Shown piece after piece: positions 1 to 15,000 of a stretch of DNA of 64,000 nt (positions within the stretch are counted from its first letter, which is position 1; each line of letters opens with the position of its first letter). Source of the stretch: the human T2T-CHM13v2.0 reference genome, Homo sapiens; NCBI RefSeq assembly GCF_009914755.1, contig NC_060938.1, one strand, 5' to 3'. The position numbers and the translations under genes were made by a program. A model generated the notes under the pieces. The model did not search any database and was not told the DNA's origin. It saw nothing but the letters and a program-made list of their open reading frames with translations.

Positions 1-3000
1 GCATTCATCTCACAGAGTTGAACCTTTCTTTTGATTCAGCAGTTTTGAAACTGTCGTTTTGTAGAATCTGCAAAGGAATATTTGTGAGCCCATTGAGGCT
101 TCTGGGGTGATAGGAAATATCTTCACATAAAAACTAGACAGATACTTTCTGAGAAACTATTTTGTCGTGTGTGACTTCTACTCACCGGGTTGAAACTTTC
201 TCTTGATTGAGCAGTTTGGAAACAGTCTTTTTGTAGAATCTGCAAATTGATATTTGGAGTGCTTTTGGCCTACGTTGAAAAACGAAATATCTTCCCATAA
301 AAAGTAGGCAGAAGTTTTGGAGAAATTTATTTTGATGTGTGCATTCATCTCACACAGTTTAAATTTTCTTTTGATTGGGCAGTGTGGATACACTCGTTGT
401 GTAGAGTCTGCAAGTGGATATTTGGAGCACTTTGTGGCCTATAGTGAAAAAGGAAATATCTTCACATAAAAACTAGATAGAAGAATTCTGAGAAACTTCC
501 TTTGAATGGGCGCATTCATCTCACACTGTTGAACTTTTTTTTTGATTGAGGACCTTCTAAACAGTCATTTTGTAGAATATGCAAAGGAATATTTGTGAGC
601 CCATTGATGCCTCTGGGGAAACAGGAAATATCTTCACATAAAAACGAGACAGAATCTTTCTCAGAAACGTCTTGGTGATGTGTGCATTCATCTCACTGAG
701 TTGAACTTTACTTTGATTGAGCAGTTTGGAAACAGTCTTTTCTAGTATCTGCAAATGGATATTTTAAGCACTCTGAGGCCTACGGTGAAAAAGGAAATAT
801 CTTCAATATAAATCAGACAGAAGCATTCATAGAAACTTCTTTGTGATGTGTGCATTCATCTCACTGACTAGAACCTTTCTTTTGATTGAGCAGTTTTGAA
901 ACACTCTTTTACCGGAATCTGCAAGTGTTTATTTGGAGCGCATGAGGAATATGGTGGAAAAGGAATCTTCTTCACATAAAAACGAGACGGAAGCATTCTC
1001 AGAAACTTCTCTGTGATGGATGCATTCATTTCACAGAGTTAAACCTTTCCTGTGATTGAGCGGTTGAGAAAGAGTAGTTTTTTACAATCTGCAGAAGGAT
1101 ACTTGTGAGCCGATTGAGGTCTATGGGGTGATAAGAAATATGTTCACATAAAAACTAGATAGAAAGTTTCTGAGAAACTTCTTTGTGATCTTTGCTTTTA
1201 TCTCCTAGAGTTGAAACTTTCTTTTTATTGAGCAGTTTGGGAACAGTCTTTTTGTAGTATCTGCAAATGGATATTACCAGTGCTTTGAGGCCTATGGTGA
1301 AAAAGGAAATATCTTCACATAAAAACAAGGCAGAAGCATTCTGAGAAACTTTTTTTGATGTCTGCATTCATCTCACAGAGTTGAACGTTTCTTTGATTGA
1401 GCAGTTTTGAAACGATCTATTTGTAGTATCTGCAAGTGGATATTTGGAACGCTTTGAGGCCTATAGTGGAAAAGGAAATATCTTCACATAGAAAACTAGA
1501 AAGAAGAATTCTGAGAAACTTCCTAGGAAGGTGTATTTTCGTCTCACACTGTGAAACCCGTCTTTTGATTGAGCAGCTTCGATACAGTCATTTAGGAGAA
1601 TATGAAAGGGAATATTTGAGAGCCCATTGAGGCCTCTGGGGAAATAAGAAATATCTTCACCTAAAAGCTAGACAAAAACTTTCTGAGAAACACCCTTGTG
1701 ATGTGTGCATTCATCATACAAAGTTGAACTTTCTTTTGATTGAGCAGTTTGGATACAGTCATTTGTATTATTTGTAAATGGATATTTGGAGTGTACTGAG
1801 GCCTATGGTGAAAAAGGAAATATCCTCACATAAAATTCAGATGGAAGCATTCTTAGAAACACCTTTGTGATGTGTGCATTCATCTCATAGACTTCAAACT
1901 TTCTATTAATTGAGCAGTTTTGAAACACTCTTTTTGTAGAATCTGCAAGTGGATATTTGGAGCGCTCTGTGGCCCATAGTGGAAAAGGAAATATCTTCAT
2001 AAATAAAATAAACAGAAGCACTTTGAGAAACTTCTCTGTGTTGTATGCAGTCATAGCTCAGACATGAAACTTTCTTTGGTACAGCAGTTTTAAAACACTC
2101 TTTTTGGAGATTCTGAAAGTAGATATTTGGAGAGACTTGAGGACAACGGTGGAAAAGGAAATATTTCCACAAATTAACTAGACAGAAACATTCTCAGAAG
2201 CTTCTTTGTGATACGTGCATCCATCTCAAAGAGTTGAACCTTTCTTTTGATTGAGCATTTTTGAAGCACTCTTTTTGTAGAATCTTCAAGTGGATATTTG
2301 GAGTGTTTGTGGCCTGTGGTGGAAAAGGAAATATATTCACATAAAAACTAGATAGAAGCATTCTGAGAAACTTCTTTGTGATGTGCTCATTCAACTCACA
2401 GAGTTGAGCTTTTCTTTTGATTGAGCAGTTTGGAAACAGTCTTTTTGTAGAATCTGCAGGTGGATATTTGGAGCGCATTACGGCCTATAGTGGAAAAGGA
2501 AATATATTCACATAAAAACTAGACAGAAGCATTCTGAGAAACTTCTTTGTGATGTGCTCATTCAACTCACAGAGTTGAACTTTTCTTTTGTTTGAGCAGT
2601 TTGCAAACAGTCTTTCTGTAGAATCTGAAAGTGGATATATGGAGTGCATTACGGCCTATAGTGGAAAATGAAATATCTTCACATAAAAACTAGACAGAAA
2701 CATTATGAGAAACTGCTTTGTGATGCGTGCATTCATCACCAGAGTTGAGTTTCTCTTTTGATTGAACAGTTTTGAAACACTCTTTCTGTAGAATCTGAAA
2801 GGGATATTTGGAGCGCTTTGCAGCCTATGGTGAAAAAGGAAATATCTTCACATAAAAGCTAGACAGAAGCATTCTAAGAAAGTGCTTTGTGACGTGTGCA
2901 TTCATCTCACAGTGTTGAAGCTTTCTTTTGATTGAGCAGTTTTGAAACACTCTTATTGTAGAATCTGCAAGTGGATATTTGGAGAGTTTGAGGCCACTGG

Positions 3001-6000
3001 TGGAAAAGCAAATATCTTCACATCAAAACTAGACAGAATCATTAGGAGTAATCTCTTTGAGATGCGTGCATTCAACTCACAGAGTTGGACATTTCCTTTG
3101 ATTGAGCAGTTTGGAAACAGTCTTTTTGCAGTATCTGCAAACGGATATTTGGAGTACTTTCAGGCCTATAGTAGGAAAGGAAATATCTTCACATAAAAAC
3201 TAGACAGCAAATTACTGAGAAACTTCTTAATGATGTGTGCATTCATCTCACAGAGTTGAAACTTCTTTTGATTGAGCAGTTTGGAAACACTCTTTTAGTA
3301 GAAACTGCAAGGGGATATTTGGAGCGTTTTGTGGTCTATGGTAGAAAAGGCTATATCTTCACATAAAAATAGAAGCATTCTGAGGAACTTCCTGATGTGT
3401 GCATTCATCTCAAAGAGTTGAACTTTTCTTTTGATTGAGCAGCTTTGAAAAACTCTTTCTGCAGAATCTGCAAGTTGATATTTGGAGTGCTTTGTGGCCT
3501 ATAGTAGAAAAGGAAATATCTTTACATAAAACTAGACAGAAGCATTCTGAGAAACTTCTTTGTGATGTGTGCATTCATCTCACAGAGTTGAATCTTTCTT
3601 TTGTTTGAGCAGTTTTGAAACTCTCTTTTTCTAGAATCTTCAAGTGGATATTTTCAGTGCTTTGAGGCCTATGGTGGAAAAGAAAATATCTTCACATAAA
3701 AACTAGTCAGAAGCATTCTGAGAAACTTCTTTGTGACGTGTGCATTCAACTCATGGAGTTCAACCTTTCTTTTGATTCAGCAGTTTGGAAACAGTCTTTT
3801 TACAGTATCTGCAAATGGCTATTTGGAGAGCTTTGAGGCCTATGGTGGAAAAGGAAATCTCTTCCCATAAAAACTAGACAGCAGCATTCTGAGAAACTTA
3901 TTTGTGATCTGTGCATTCATCTCACAGAGTTGAACCTTTCTTTTGATTCAGCAGTTTTGAAACTGTCGTTTTGTAGAATCTGCAAAGGAATATTTGTGAG
4001 CCCATTGAGGCTTCTGGGGTGATAGGAAATATCTTCACATAAAAACTAGACAGATACTTTCTGAGAAACTATTTTGTCATGTGTGACTTCTACTCACCGG
4101 GTTGAAACTTTCTCTTGATTGAGCAGTTTGGAAACAGTCTTTTTGTAGAATCTGCAAATTGATATTTGGAGTGCTTTTGGCCTACGTTGGAAAACGAAAT
4201 ATCATCCCATAAAAAGTAGGCAGAAGTTTTGGAGAAATTTATTTTGATGTGTGCATTCATCTCACACAGTTGAAATTTTCTTTTGATTGAGCAGTGTGGA
4301 TACACACGTTTTGTAGAGTCTGCAAGTGGATATTTGGAGCACTTTGTGGCCTACAGTGAAAAAGGAAATATCTTCACATAAAAACTAGATAGAAGAATTC
4401 TGAGAAACTTCCTTTGAATGGGCGCATTCATCTCACACTGTTGAACTTTTTTTTTGATTGGGCACCTTCTAAACAGTCATTTTGTAGAATATGCAAAGGA
4501 ATATTTGTGAGCCCATTGATGCCTCTGGGGAAACAGGAAATATCTTCACATAAAAACGAGACAGAATCTTTCTCAGAAACGTCTTGGTGATGTGTGCATT
4601 CATCTCACTGAGTTGAATTTTACTTTGATTGAGCAGTTTGGAAACAGTCTTTTCTAGTATCTGCTAATGGATATTTTAAGCACTCTGAGGCCTACGGTGA
4701 AAAAGGAAATATCTTCAATATAAATCAGACAGAAGCATTCATAGAAACTTCTTTGTGATGTGTGCATTCATCTCACCGACTAGAACCTTTCTTTTCATTG
4801 AGCAGTTTTGAAACACTCTTTTAGCGGAATCTGCAAGTGTTTATTTGGAGCGCATGAGGAATATGGTGGAAAAGGAATCTTCTTCACATAAAAACGAGAC
4901 GGAAGCATTCTGAGAAACTTCTCTGTGATGGATGCATTCATTTCACAGAGTTAAACCTTTCCTGTGATTGAGCGGTTTGGAAACAGTAGTTTTTTACAAT
5001 CTGCAGAAGGATACTTGTGAGCTGATTGAGGTCTATGGGGTGATAAGAAATATGTTCACATAAAAACTAGATAGAAAGTTTCTGAGAAACTTCTTTGTGA
5101 TATTTGCTTTTATCTCATAGAGTTGAAACTTTCTTTTTATTGAGGAGTTTGGGAACAGTCTTTTTGTAGTATCTGCAAATGGATATTACCAGTGCTTTGA
5201 GGCCTAGCGTGAAAAAGGAAATATCTTCACATAAAAACAAGGCAGAAGCATTCTGAGAAACTTCTTTTTGATGTCTGCATTCATCTCACAGAGTTGAACC
5301 TTTCTTTTGATTGAGCAGTTTTGAAACGCTCTATTTGTAGTATCTGCAAGTGGATATTTGGAACGCTTTGAGGCCTATAGTGGAAAAGGAAATATCTTCA
5401 CATAAAAACCTAGAAAGAAGAATTCTGAGAAACTTCCTAGGAAGGTGTGTTTTCGTCTCACACTGTTAAACCCGTCTTTTGATTGAGCAGCTTCGATACA
5501 GTCATTTAGGAGAATATGAAAGGGAATATTTGAGAGCCCATTGAGGCCTCTGGGGAAATAAGAAATATCTTCACCTAAAAACTAGACAAAAACTTTCTGA
5601 GAAACACCCTTGTGATGTGTGCATTCATCATACACAGTTGAACTTTCTTTTGATTGAGCAGTTTGGATACAGTCATTTGTATTATCTGTAAATGGATATT
5701 TGGAGTGTACTGAGGCCTATGGTGAAAAAGGTAATATCCTCACATAAAATTCAGATGGAAGCATTCTTAGTAACTCCTATGTGATGTGTGCATTCATCTC
5801 ACAGACTTCAAACTTTCTATAGATTGAGCAGTTTTGAAACACTCTTTTTGTAGAATCTGCCAGTGCATATTTGGAGCGCTCTGTGGTCCATAGTGGAAAA
5901 GGAAATATCTTCATAAAAAAAATAAACAGAAGCACTTTGAGAAACTTCTCTGTGTTGTATGCAGTCATATTTCAGACATGAAACTTTCTTTGGTACCGCA

Positions 6001-9000
6001 GTTTTAAAACACTCTTTTTGGAGATTCTGAAAGTAGATATTTGGAGAGACTTGAGGACTACGGTGGAAAAGGAAATATCTTCACAAAAAAACTAGACAGA
6101 AACATTCTGATAAGCTTCCTTGTGATGTGTGCATCCATCTCAAAGAGTTGAACCTTTCTTTTGATTGAGCATTTTTGAAGCACTCTTTTTGTAGAATCTT
6201 CAAGTGGATATTTGGAGTGTTTGTGGCCTGTGGTGGAAAAGGAAATATATTCACATAAAAACTAGACAGAAGCATTCTGAGAAACTTCTTTGTGATGTGC
6301 TCATTCAACTCACAGAGTTGAACTTTTCTTTTGTTTGAGCAGTTTGCAAACAGTCTTTCTGTAGAATCTGAAAGTGGATATATGGAGTGCATTACGGCCT
6401 ATAGTGGAAAATGAAATATCTTCACATAAAAACTAGACAGAAACATTATGAGAAACTGCTTTGTGATGCGTGCATTCATCACCAGAGTTGAGTTTCTCTT
6501 TTGATTGAACAGTTTTGAAACACTCTTTCTGTAGAATCTGAAAGGGATATTTGGAGCGCTTTGCAGCCTATGGTGAAAAAGGAAATATCTTCACATAAAA
6601 GCTAGACAGAAGCATTCTAAGAAAGTGCTTTGTGACGTGTGCATTCATCTCACAGTGTTGAAGCTTTCTTTTGATTGAGCAGTTTTGAAACACTCTTATT
6701 GTAGAATCTGCAAGTGGATATTTGGAGAGTTTGAGGCCACTGGTGGAAAAGCAAATATCTTCACATCAAAACTAGACAGAATCATTAGGAGTAATCTCTT
6801 TGAGATGCGTGCATTCAACTCACAGAGTTGGACATTTCCTTTGATTGAGCAGTTTGGAAACAGTCTTTTTGCAGTATCTGCAAACGGATATTTGGAGCAC
6901 TTTCAGGCCTATAGTAGGAAAGGAAATATCTTCACATAAAAACTAGACAGCAAATTACTGAGAAACTTCTTAATGATGTGTGCATTCATCTCACAGAGTT
7001 GAAACTTCTTTTGATTGAGCAGTTTGGAAACACTCTTTTAGTAGAAACTGCAAGGGGATATTTGGAGCGTTTTGTGGTCTATGGTAGAAAAGGCTATATC
7101 TTCACATAAAAATAGAAGCATTCTGAGGAACTTCCTGATGTGTGCATTCATCTCAAAGAGTTGAACTTTTCTTTTGATTGAGCAGCTTTGAAAAACTCTT
7201 TCTGCAGAATCTGCAAGTTGATATTTGGAGTGCTTTGTGGCCTATAGTAGAAAAGGAAATATCTTTACATAAAACTAGACAGAAGCATTCTGAGAAACTT
7301 CTTTGTGATGTGTGCATTCATCTCACAGAGTTGAATCTTTCTTTTGTTTGAGCAGTTTTGAAACTCTCTTTTTGTAGAATCTTCAAGTGGATATTTTCAG
7401 TGCTTTGAGGCCTATGGTGGAAAAGAAAATATCTTCACATAAAAACTAGTCAGAAGCATTCTGAGAAACTTCTTTGTGACGTGTGCATTCAACTCATGGA
7501 GTTCAACCTTTCTTTTGATTCAGCAGTTTGGAAACAGTCTTTTTACAGTATCTGCAAATGGCTATTTGGAGAGCTTTGAGGCCTATGGTGGAAAAGGAAA
7601 TCTCTTCCCATAAAAACTAGACAGCAGCATTCTGAGAAACTTATTTGTGATCTGTGCATTCATCTCACAGAGTTGAACCTTTCTTTTGATTCAGCAGTTT
7701 TGAAACTGTCGTTTTGTAGAATCTGCAAAGGAATATTTGTGAGCCCATTGAGGCTTCTGGGGTGATAGGAAATATCTTCACATAAAAACTAGACAGATAC
7801 TTTCTGAGAAACTATTTTGTCATGTGTGACTTCTACTCACCGGGTTGAAACTTTCTCTTGATTGAGCAGTTTGGAAACAGTCTTTTTGTAGAATCTGCAA
7901 ATTGATATTTGGAGTGCTTTTGGCCTACGTTGGAAAACGAAATATCATCCCATAAAAAGTAGGCAGAAGTTTTGGAGAAATTTATTTTGATGTGTGCATT
8001 CATCTCACACAGTTGAAATTTTCTTTTGATTGAGCAGTGTGGATACACACGTTTTGTAGAGTCTGCAAGTGGATATTTGGAGCACTTTGTGGCCTACAGT
8101 GAAAAAGGAAATATCTTCACATAAAAACTAGATAGAAGAATTCTGAGAAACTTCCTTTGAATGGGCGCATTCATCTCACACTGTTGAACATTTTTTTTGA
8201 TTGGGCACCTTCTAAACAGTCATTTTGTAGAATATGCAAAGGAATATTTGTGAGTCCATTGATGCCTCTGGGGAAACAGGAAATATCTTCACATAAAAAC
8301 GAGACAGAATCTTTCTCAGAAACGTCTTGGTGATGTGTGCATTCATCTCACTGAGTTGAACTTTACTTTGATTGAGCAGTTTGGAAACAGTCTTTTCTAG
8401 TATCTGCTAATGGATATTTTAAGCACTCTGAGGCCTACGGTGAAAAAGGAAATATCTTCAATATAAATCAGACAGAAGCATTCATAGAAACTTCTTTGTG
8501 ATGTGTGCATTCATCTCACCGACTAGAACCTTTCTTTTCATTGAGCAGTTTTGAAACACTCTTTTAGCGGAATCTGCAAGTGTTTATTTGGAGCGCATGA
8601 GGAATATGGTGGAAAAGGAATCTTCTTCACATAAAAACGAGACGGAAGCATTCTGAGAAACTTCTCTGTGATGGATGCATTCATTTCACAGAGTTAAACC
8701 TTTCCTGTGATTGAGCGGTTTGGAAACAGTAGTTTTTTACAATCTGCAGAAGGATACTTGTCAGCTGATTGAGGTCTATGGGGTGATAAGAAATATGTTC
8801 ACATAAAAACTAGATAGAAAGTTTCTGAGAAACTTCTTTGTGATATTTGCTTTTATCTCATAGAGTTGAAACTTTCTTTTTATTGAGGAGTTTGGGAACA
8901 GTCTTTTTGTAGTATCTGCAAATGGATATTACCAGTGCTTTGAGGCCTAGGGTGAAAAAGGAAATATCTTCACATAAAAACAAGGCAGAAGCATTCTGAG

Positions 9001-12000
9001 AAACTTCTTTTTGATGTCTGCATTCATCTCACAGAGTTGAACCTTTCTTTTGATTGAGCAGTTTTGAAACGCTCTATTTGTAGTATCTGCAAGTGGATAT
9101 TTGGAACGCTTTGAGGCCTATAGTGGAAAAGGAAATATCTTCACATAAAAACCTAGAAAGAAGAATTCTGAGAAACTTCCTAGGAAGGTGTGTTTTCGTC
9201 TCACACTGTTAAACCCGTCTTTTGATTGAGCAGCTTCGATACACTCATTTAGGAGAATATGAAAGGGAATATTTGAGAGCCCATTGAGGCCTCTGGGGAA
9301 ATAAGAAATATCTTCACCTAAAAACTAGACAAAAACTTTCTGAGAAACACCCTTGTGATGTGTGCATTCATCATACACAGTTGAACTTTCTTTTGATTGA
9401 GCAGTTTGGATACAGTCATTTGTATTATCTGTAAATGGATATTTGGAGTGTACTGAGGCCTATGGTGAAAAAGGTAATATCCTCACATAAAATTCAGATG
9501 GAAGCATTCTTAGTAACTCCTATGTGATGTGTGCATTCATCTCACAGACTTCAAACTTTCTATAGATTGAGCAGTTTTGAAACACTCTTTTTGTAGAATC
9601 TGCCAGTGGATATTTGGAGCGCTCTGTGGTCCATAGTGGAAAAGGAAATATCTTCATAAAAAAAATAAACAGAAGCACTTTGAGAAACTTCTCTGTGTTG
9701 TATGCAGTCATATTTCAGACATGAAACTTTCTTTGGTACCGCAGTTTTAAAACACTCTTTTTGGAGATTCTGAAAGTAGATATTTGGAGAGACTTGAGGA
9801 CTACGGTGGAAAAGGAAATATCTTCACAAAAAAACTAGACAGAAACATTCTGATAAGCTTCCTTGTGATGTGTGCATCCATCTCAAAGAGTTGAACCTTT
9901 CTTTTGATTGAGCATTTTTGAAGCACTCTTTTTGTAGAATCTTCAAGTGGATATTTGGAGTGTTTGTGGCCTGTGGTGGAAAAGGAAATATATTCACATA
10001 AAAACTAGATAGAAGCATTCTGAGAAACTTCTTTGTGATGTGCTCATTCAACTCACAGAGTTGAACTTTTCTTTTGTTTGAGCAGTTTGCAAACAGTCTT
10101 TCTGTAGAATCTGAAAGTGGATATATGGAGTGCATTACGGCCTATAGTGGAAAATGAAATATCTTCACATAAAAACTAGACAGAAACATTATGAGAAACT
10201 GCTTTGTGATGCGTGCATTCATCACCAGAGTTGAGTTTCTCTTTTGATTGAACAGTTTTGAAACACTCTTTCTGTAGAATCTGAAAGGGATATTTGGAGC
10301 GCTTTGCAGCCTATGGTGAAAAAGGAAATATCTTCACATAAAAGCTAGACAGAAGCATTCTAAGAAAGTGCTTTGTGACGTGTGCATTCATCTCACAATG
10401 TTGAAGCTTTCTTTTGATTGAGCAGTTTTGAAACACTCTTATTGTAGAATCTGCAAGTGGATATTTGGAGAGTTTGAGGCCACTGGTGGAAAAGCAAATA
10501 TCTTCACATCAAAACTAGACAGAATCATTAGGAGTAATCTCTTTGAGATGCGTGCATTCAACTCACAGAGTTGGACATTTCCTTTGATTGAGCAGTTTGG
10601 AAACAGTCTTTTTGCAGTATCTGCAAACGGATATTTGGAGCACTTTCAGGCCTATAGTAGGAAAGGAAATATCTTCACATAAAAACTAGACAGCAAATTA
10701 CTGAGAAACTTCTTAATGATGTGTGCATTCATCTCACAGAGTTGAAACTTCTTTTGATTGAGCAGTTTGGAAACACTCTTTTAGTAGAAACTGCAAGGGG
10801 ATATTTGGAGCGTTTTGTGGTCTATGGTAGAAAAGGCTATATCTTCACATAAAAATAGAAGCATTCTGAGGAACTTCCTGATGTGTGCATTCATCTCAAA
10901 GAGTTGAACTTTTCTTTTGATTGAGCAGCTTTGAAAAACTCTTTCTGCAGAATCTGCAAGTTGATATTTGGAGTGCTTTGTGGCCTATAGTAGAAAAGGA
11001 AATATCTTTACATAAAACTAGACAGAAGCATTCTGAGAAACTTCTTTGTGATGTGTGCATTCATCTCACAGAGTTGAATCTTTCTTTTGTTTGAGCAGTT
11101 TTGAAACTCTCTTTTTGTAGAATCTTCAAGTGGATATTTTCAGTGCTTTGAGGCCTATGGTGGAAAAGAAAATATCTTCACATAAAAACTAGTCAGAAGC
11201 ATTCTGAGAAACTTCTTTGTGACGTGTGCATTCAACTCATGGAGTTCAACCTTTCTTTTGATTCAGCAGTTTGGAAACAGTCTTTTTACAGTATCTGCAA
11301 ATGGCTATTTGGAGAGCTTTGAGGCCTATGGTGGAAAAGGAAATCTCTTCCCATAAAAACTAGACAGCAGCATTCTGAGAAACTTATTTGTGATCTGTGC
11401 ATTCATCTCACAGAGTTGAACCTTTCTTTTGATTCAGCAGTTTTGAAACTGTCGTTTTGTAGAATCTGCAAAGGAATATTTGTGAGCCCATTGAGGCTTC
11501 TGGGGTGATAAGAAATATCTTCACATAAAAACTAGACAGATACTTTCTGAGAAACTATTTTGTCATGTGTGACTTCTACTCACCGGGTTGAAACTTTCTC
11601 TTGATTGAGCAGTTTGGAAACAGTCTTTTTGTAGAATCTGCAAATTGATATTTGGAGTGCTTTTGGCCTACGTTGGAAAACGAAACATCATCCCATAAAA
11701 AGTAGGCAGAAGTTTTGGAGAAATTTATTTTGATGTGTGCATTCATCTCACACAGTTGAAATTTTCTTTTGATTGAGCAGTGTGGATACACACGTTTTGT
11801 AGAGTCTGCAAGTGGATATTTGGAGCACTTTGTGGCCTACAGTGAAAAAGGAAATATCTTCACATAAAAACTAGATAGAAGAATTCTGAGAAACTTCCTT
11901 TGAATGGGCGCATTCATCTCACACTGTTGAACTTTTTTTTTGATTGGGCACCTTCTAAACAGTCATTTTGTAGAATATGCAAAGGAATATTTGTGAGCCC

Positions 12001-15000
12001 ATTGATGCCTCTGGGGAAACAGGAAATATCTTCACATAAAAACGAGACAGAATCTTTCTCAGAAACGTCTTGGTGATGTGTGCATTCATCTCACTGAGTT
12101 GAACTTTACTTTGATTGAGCAGTTTGGAAACAGTCTTTTCTAGTATCTGCTAATGGATATTTTAAGCACTCTGAGGCCTACGGTGAAAAAGGAAATATCT
12201 TCAATATAAATCAGACAGAAGCATTCATAGAAACTTCTTTGTGATGTGTGCATTCATCTCACCGACTAGAACCTTTCTTTTCATTGAGCAGTTTTGAAAC
12301 ACTCTTTTAGCGGAATCTGCAAGTGTTTATTTGGAGCGCATGAGGAATATGGTGGAAAAGGAATCTTCTTCACATAAAAACGAGACGGAAGCATTCTGAG
12401 AAACTTCTCTGTGATGGATGCATTCATTTCACAGAGTTAAACCTTTCCTGTGATTGAGCGGTTTGGAAACAGTAGTTTTTTACAATCTGCAGAAGGATAC
12501 TTGTGAGCTGATTGAGGTCTATGGGGTGATAAGAAATATGTTCACATAAAAACTAGATAGAAAGTTTCTGAGAAACTTCTTTGTGATATTTGCTTTTATC
12601 TCATAGAGTTGAAACTTTCTTTTTATTGAGGAGTTTGGGAACAGTCTTTTTGTAGTATCTGCAAATGGATATTACCAGTGCTTTGAGGCCTATGGTGAAA
12701 AAGGAAATATCTTCACATAAAAACAAGGCAGAAGCATTCTGAGAAACTTCTTTTTGATGTCTGCATTCATCTCACAGAGTTGAACCTTTCTTTTGATTGA
12801 GCAGTTTAGAAACGCTCTATTTGTAGTATCTGCAAGTGGATATTTGGAACGCTTTGAGGCCTATAGTGGAAAAGGAAATATCTTCACATAAAAACCTAGA
12901 AAGAAGAATTCTGAGAAACTTCCTAGGAAGGTGTGTTTTCGTCTCACACTGTTAAACCCGTCTTTTGATTGAGCAGCTTCGATACAGTCATTTAGGAGAA
13001 TATGAAAGGGAATATTTGAGAGCCCATTGAGGCCTCTGGGGAAATAAGAAATATCTTCACCTAAAAACTAGACAAAAACTTTCTGAGAAACACCCTTGTG
13101 ATGTGTGCATTCATCATACACAGTTGAACTTTCTTTTGATTGAGCAGTTTGGATACAGTCATTTGTATTATCTGTAAATGGATATTTGGAGTGTACTGAG
13201 GCCTATGGTGAAAAAGGAAATATCCTCACATAAAATTCAGATGGAAGCATTCTTAGTAACTCCTATGTGATGTGTGCATTCATCTCACAGACTTCAAACT
13301 TTCTATAGATTGAGCAGTTTTGAAACACTCTTTTTGTAGAATCTGCAAGTGGATATTTGGAGCGCTCTGTGGTCCATAGTGGAAAAGGAAATATCTTCAT
13401 AAAAAAAATAAACAGAAGCACTTTGAGAAACTTCTCTGTGTTGTATGCAGTCATATTTCAGACATGAAACTTTCTTTGGTACCGCAGTTTTAAAACACTC
13501 TTTTTGGAGATTCTGAAAGTAGATATTTGGAGAGACTTGAGGACTACGGTGGAAAAGGAAATATCTTCACAAAAAAACTAGACAGAAACATTCTGAGAAG
13601 CTTCTTTGTGATGTGTGCATCCATCTCAAAGAGTTGAACCTTTCTTTTGATTGAGCATTTTTGAAGCACTCTTTTTGTAGAATCTTCAAGTGGATATTTG
13701 GAGTGTTTGTGGCCTGTGGTGGAAAAGGAAATATATTCACATAAAAACTAGATAGAAGCATTCTGAGAAACTTCTTTGTGATGTGCTCATTCAACTCACA
13801 GAGTTGAGCTTTTCTTTTGATTGAGCAGTTTGGAAACAGTCTTTTTGTAGAATCTGCAGGTGGATATTTGGAGCGCATTACGGCCTATAGTGGAAAAGGA
13901 AATATATTCACATAAAATCTAGACAGAAGCATTCTGAGAAACTTCTTTGTGATGTGCTCCTTCAACTCACAGAGTTGAACTTTTCTTTTGTTTGAGCAGT
14001 TTGCAAACAGTCTTTCTGTAGAATCTGCAAGTGGATATTAGGGGTGCATTACGGCCTATAGTGGAAAATGAAATATCTTCACATAAAAACTAGACAGAAA
14101 CATTATGAGAAACTGCTTTGTGATGCGTGCATTCATCACCAGAGTTGAGTTTCTCTTTTGATTGAACAGTTTTGAAACACTCTTTCTGTAGAATCTGAAA
14201 GGGATATTTGGAGCGCTTTGCAGCCTATGGTGAAAAAGGAAATATCTTCACATAAAAGCTAGACAGAGCATTCTAAGAAAGTGCTTTGTGACGTGTGCAT
14301 TCATCTGACAGTGTTGAACCTTTCTTTTGATTGAGCAGTTTTGAAACACTCTTATTGTAGAATCTGCAAGTGGATATTTGGAGAGTTTGAGGCCACTGGT
14401 GGAAAAGCAAATATCTTCACATCAAAACTAGACAGGATCATTATAAGTAATCTCTTTGAGATGCGTGCATTCAACTCACAGAGTTGGACATTTCCTTTGA
14501 TTGAGCAGTTTGGAAACAGTCTTTATGCAGTATCTGCAAACGGATATTTGGAGCACTTTCAGGCCTATAGTAGGAAAGGAAATATCTTCACATAAAAACT
14601 AGACAGCAAATTACTGAGAAACTTCTTAATGATGTGTGCATTCATCTCACAGAGTTGAAACTTCTTTTGATTGAGCAGTTTGGAAACACTCTTTTAGTAG
14701 AAACTGCAAGGGGATATTTGGAGCGTTTTGTGGTCTATGGTAGAAAAGGCTATATCTTCACATAAAAATAGAAGCATTCTGAGGAACTTCCTGATGTGTG
14801 CATTCATCTCAAAGAGTTGAACTTTTCTTTTGATTGAGCAGCTTTGAAAAACTCTTTCTGCAGAATCTGCAAGTTGATATTTGGAGTGCTTTGTGGCCTA
14901 TAGTAGAAAAGGAAATATCTTTACATAAAACTAGACAGAAGCATTCTGAGAAACTTCTTTGTGATGTGTGCATTCATCTCACAGAGTTGAATCTTTCTTT

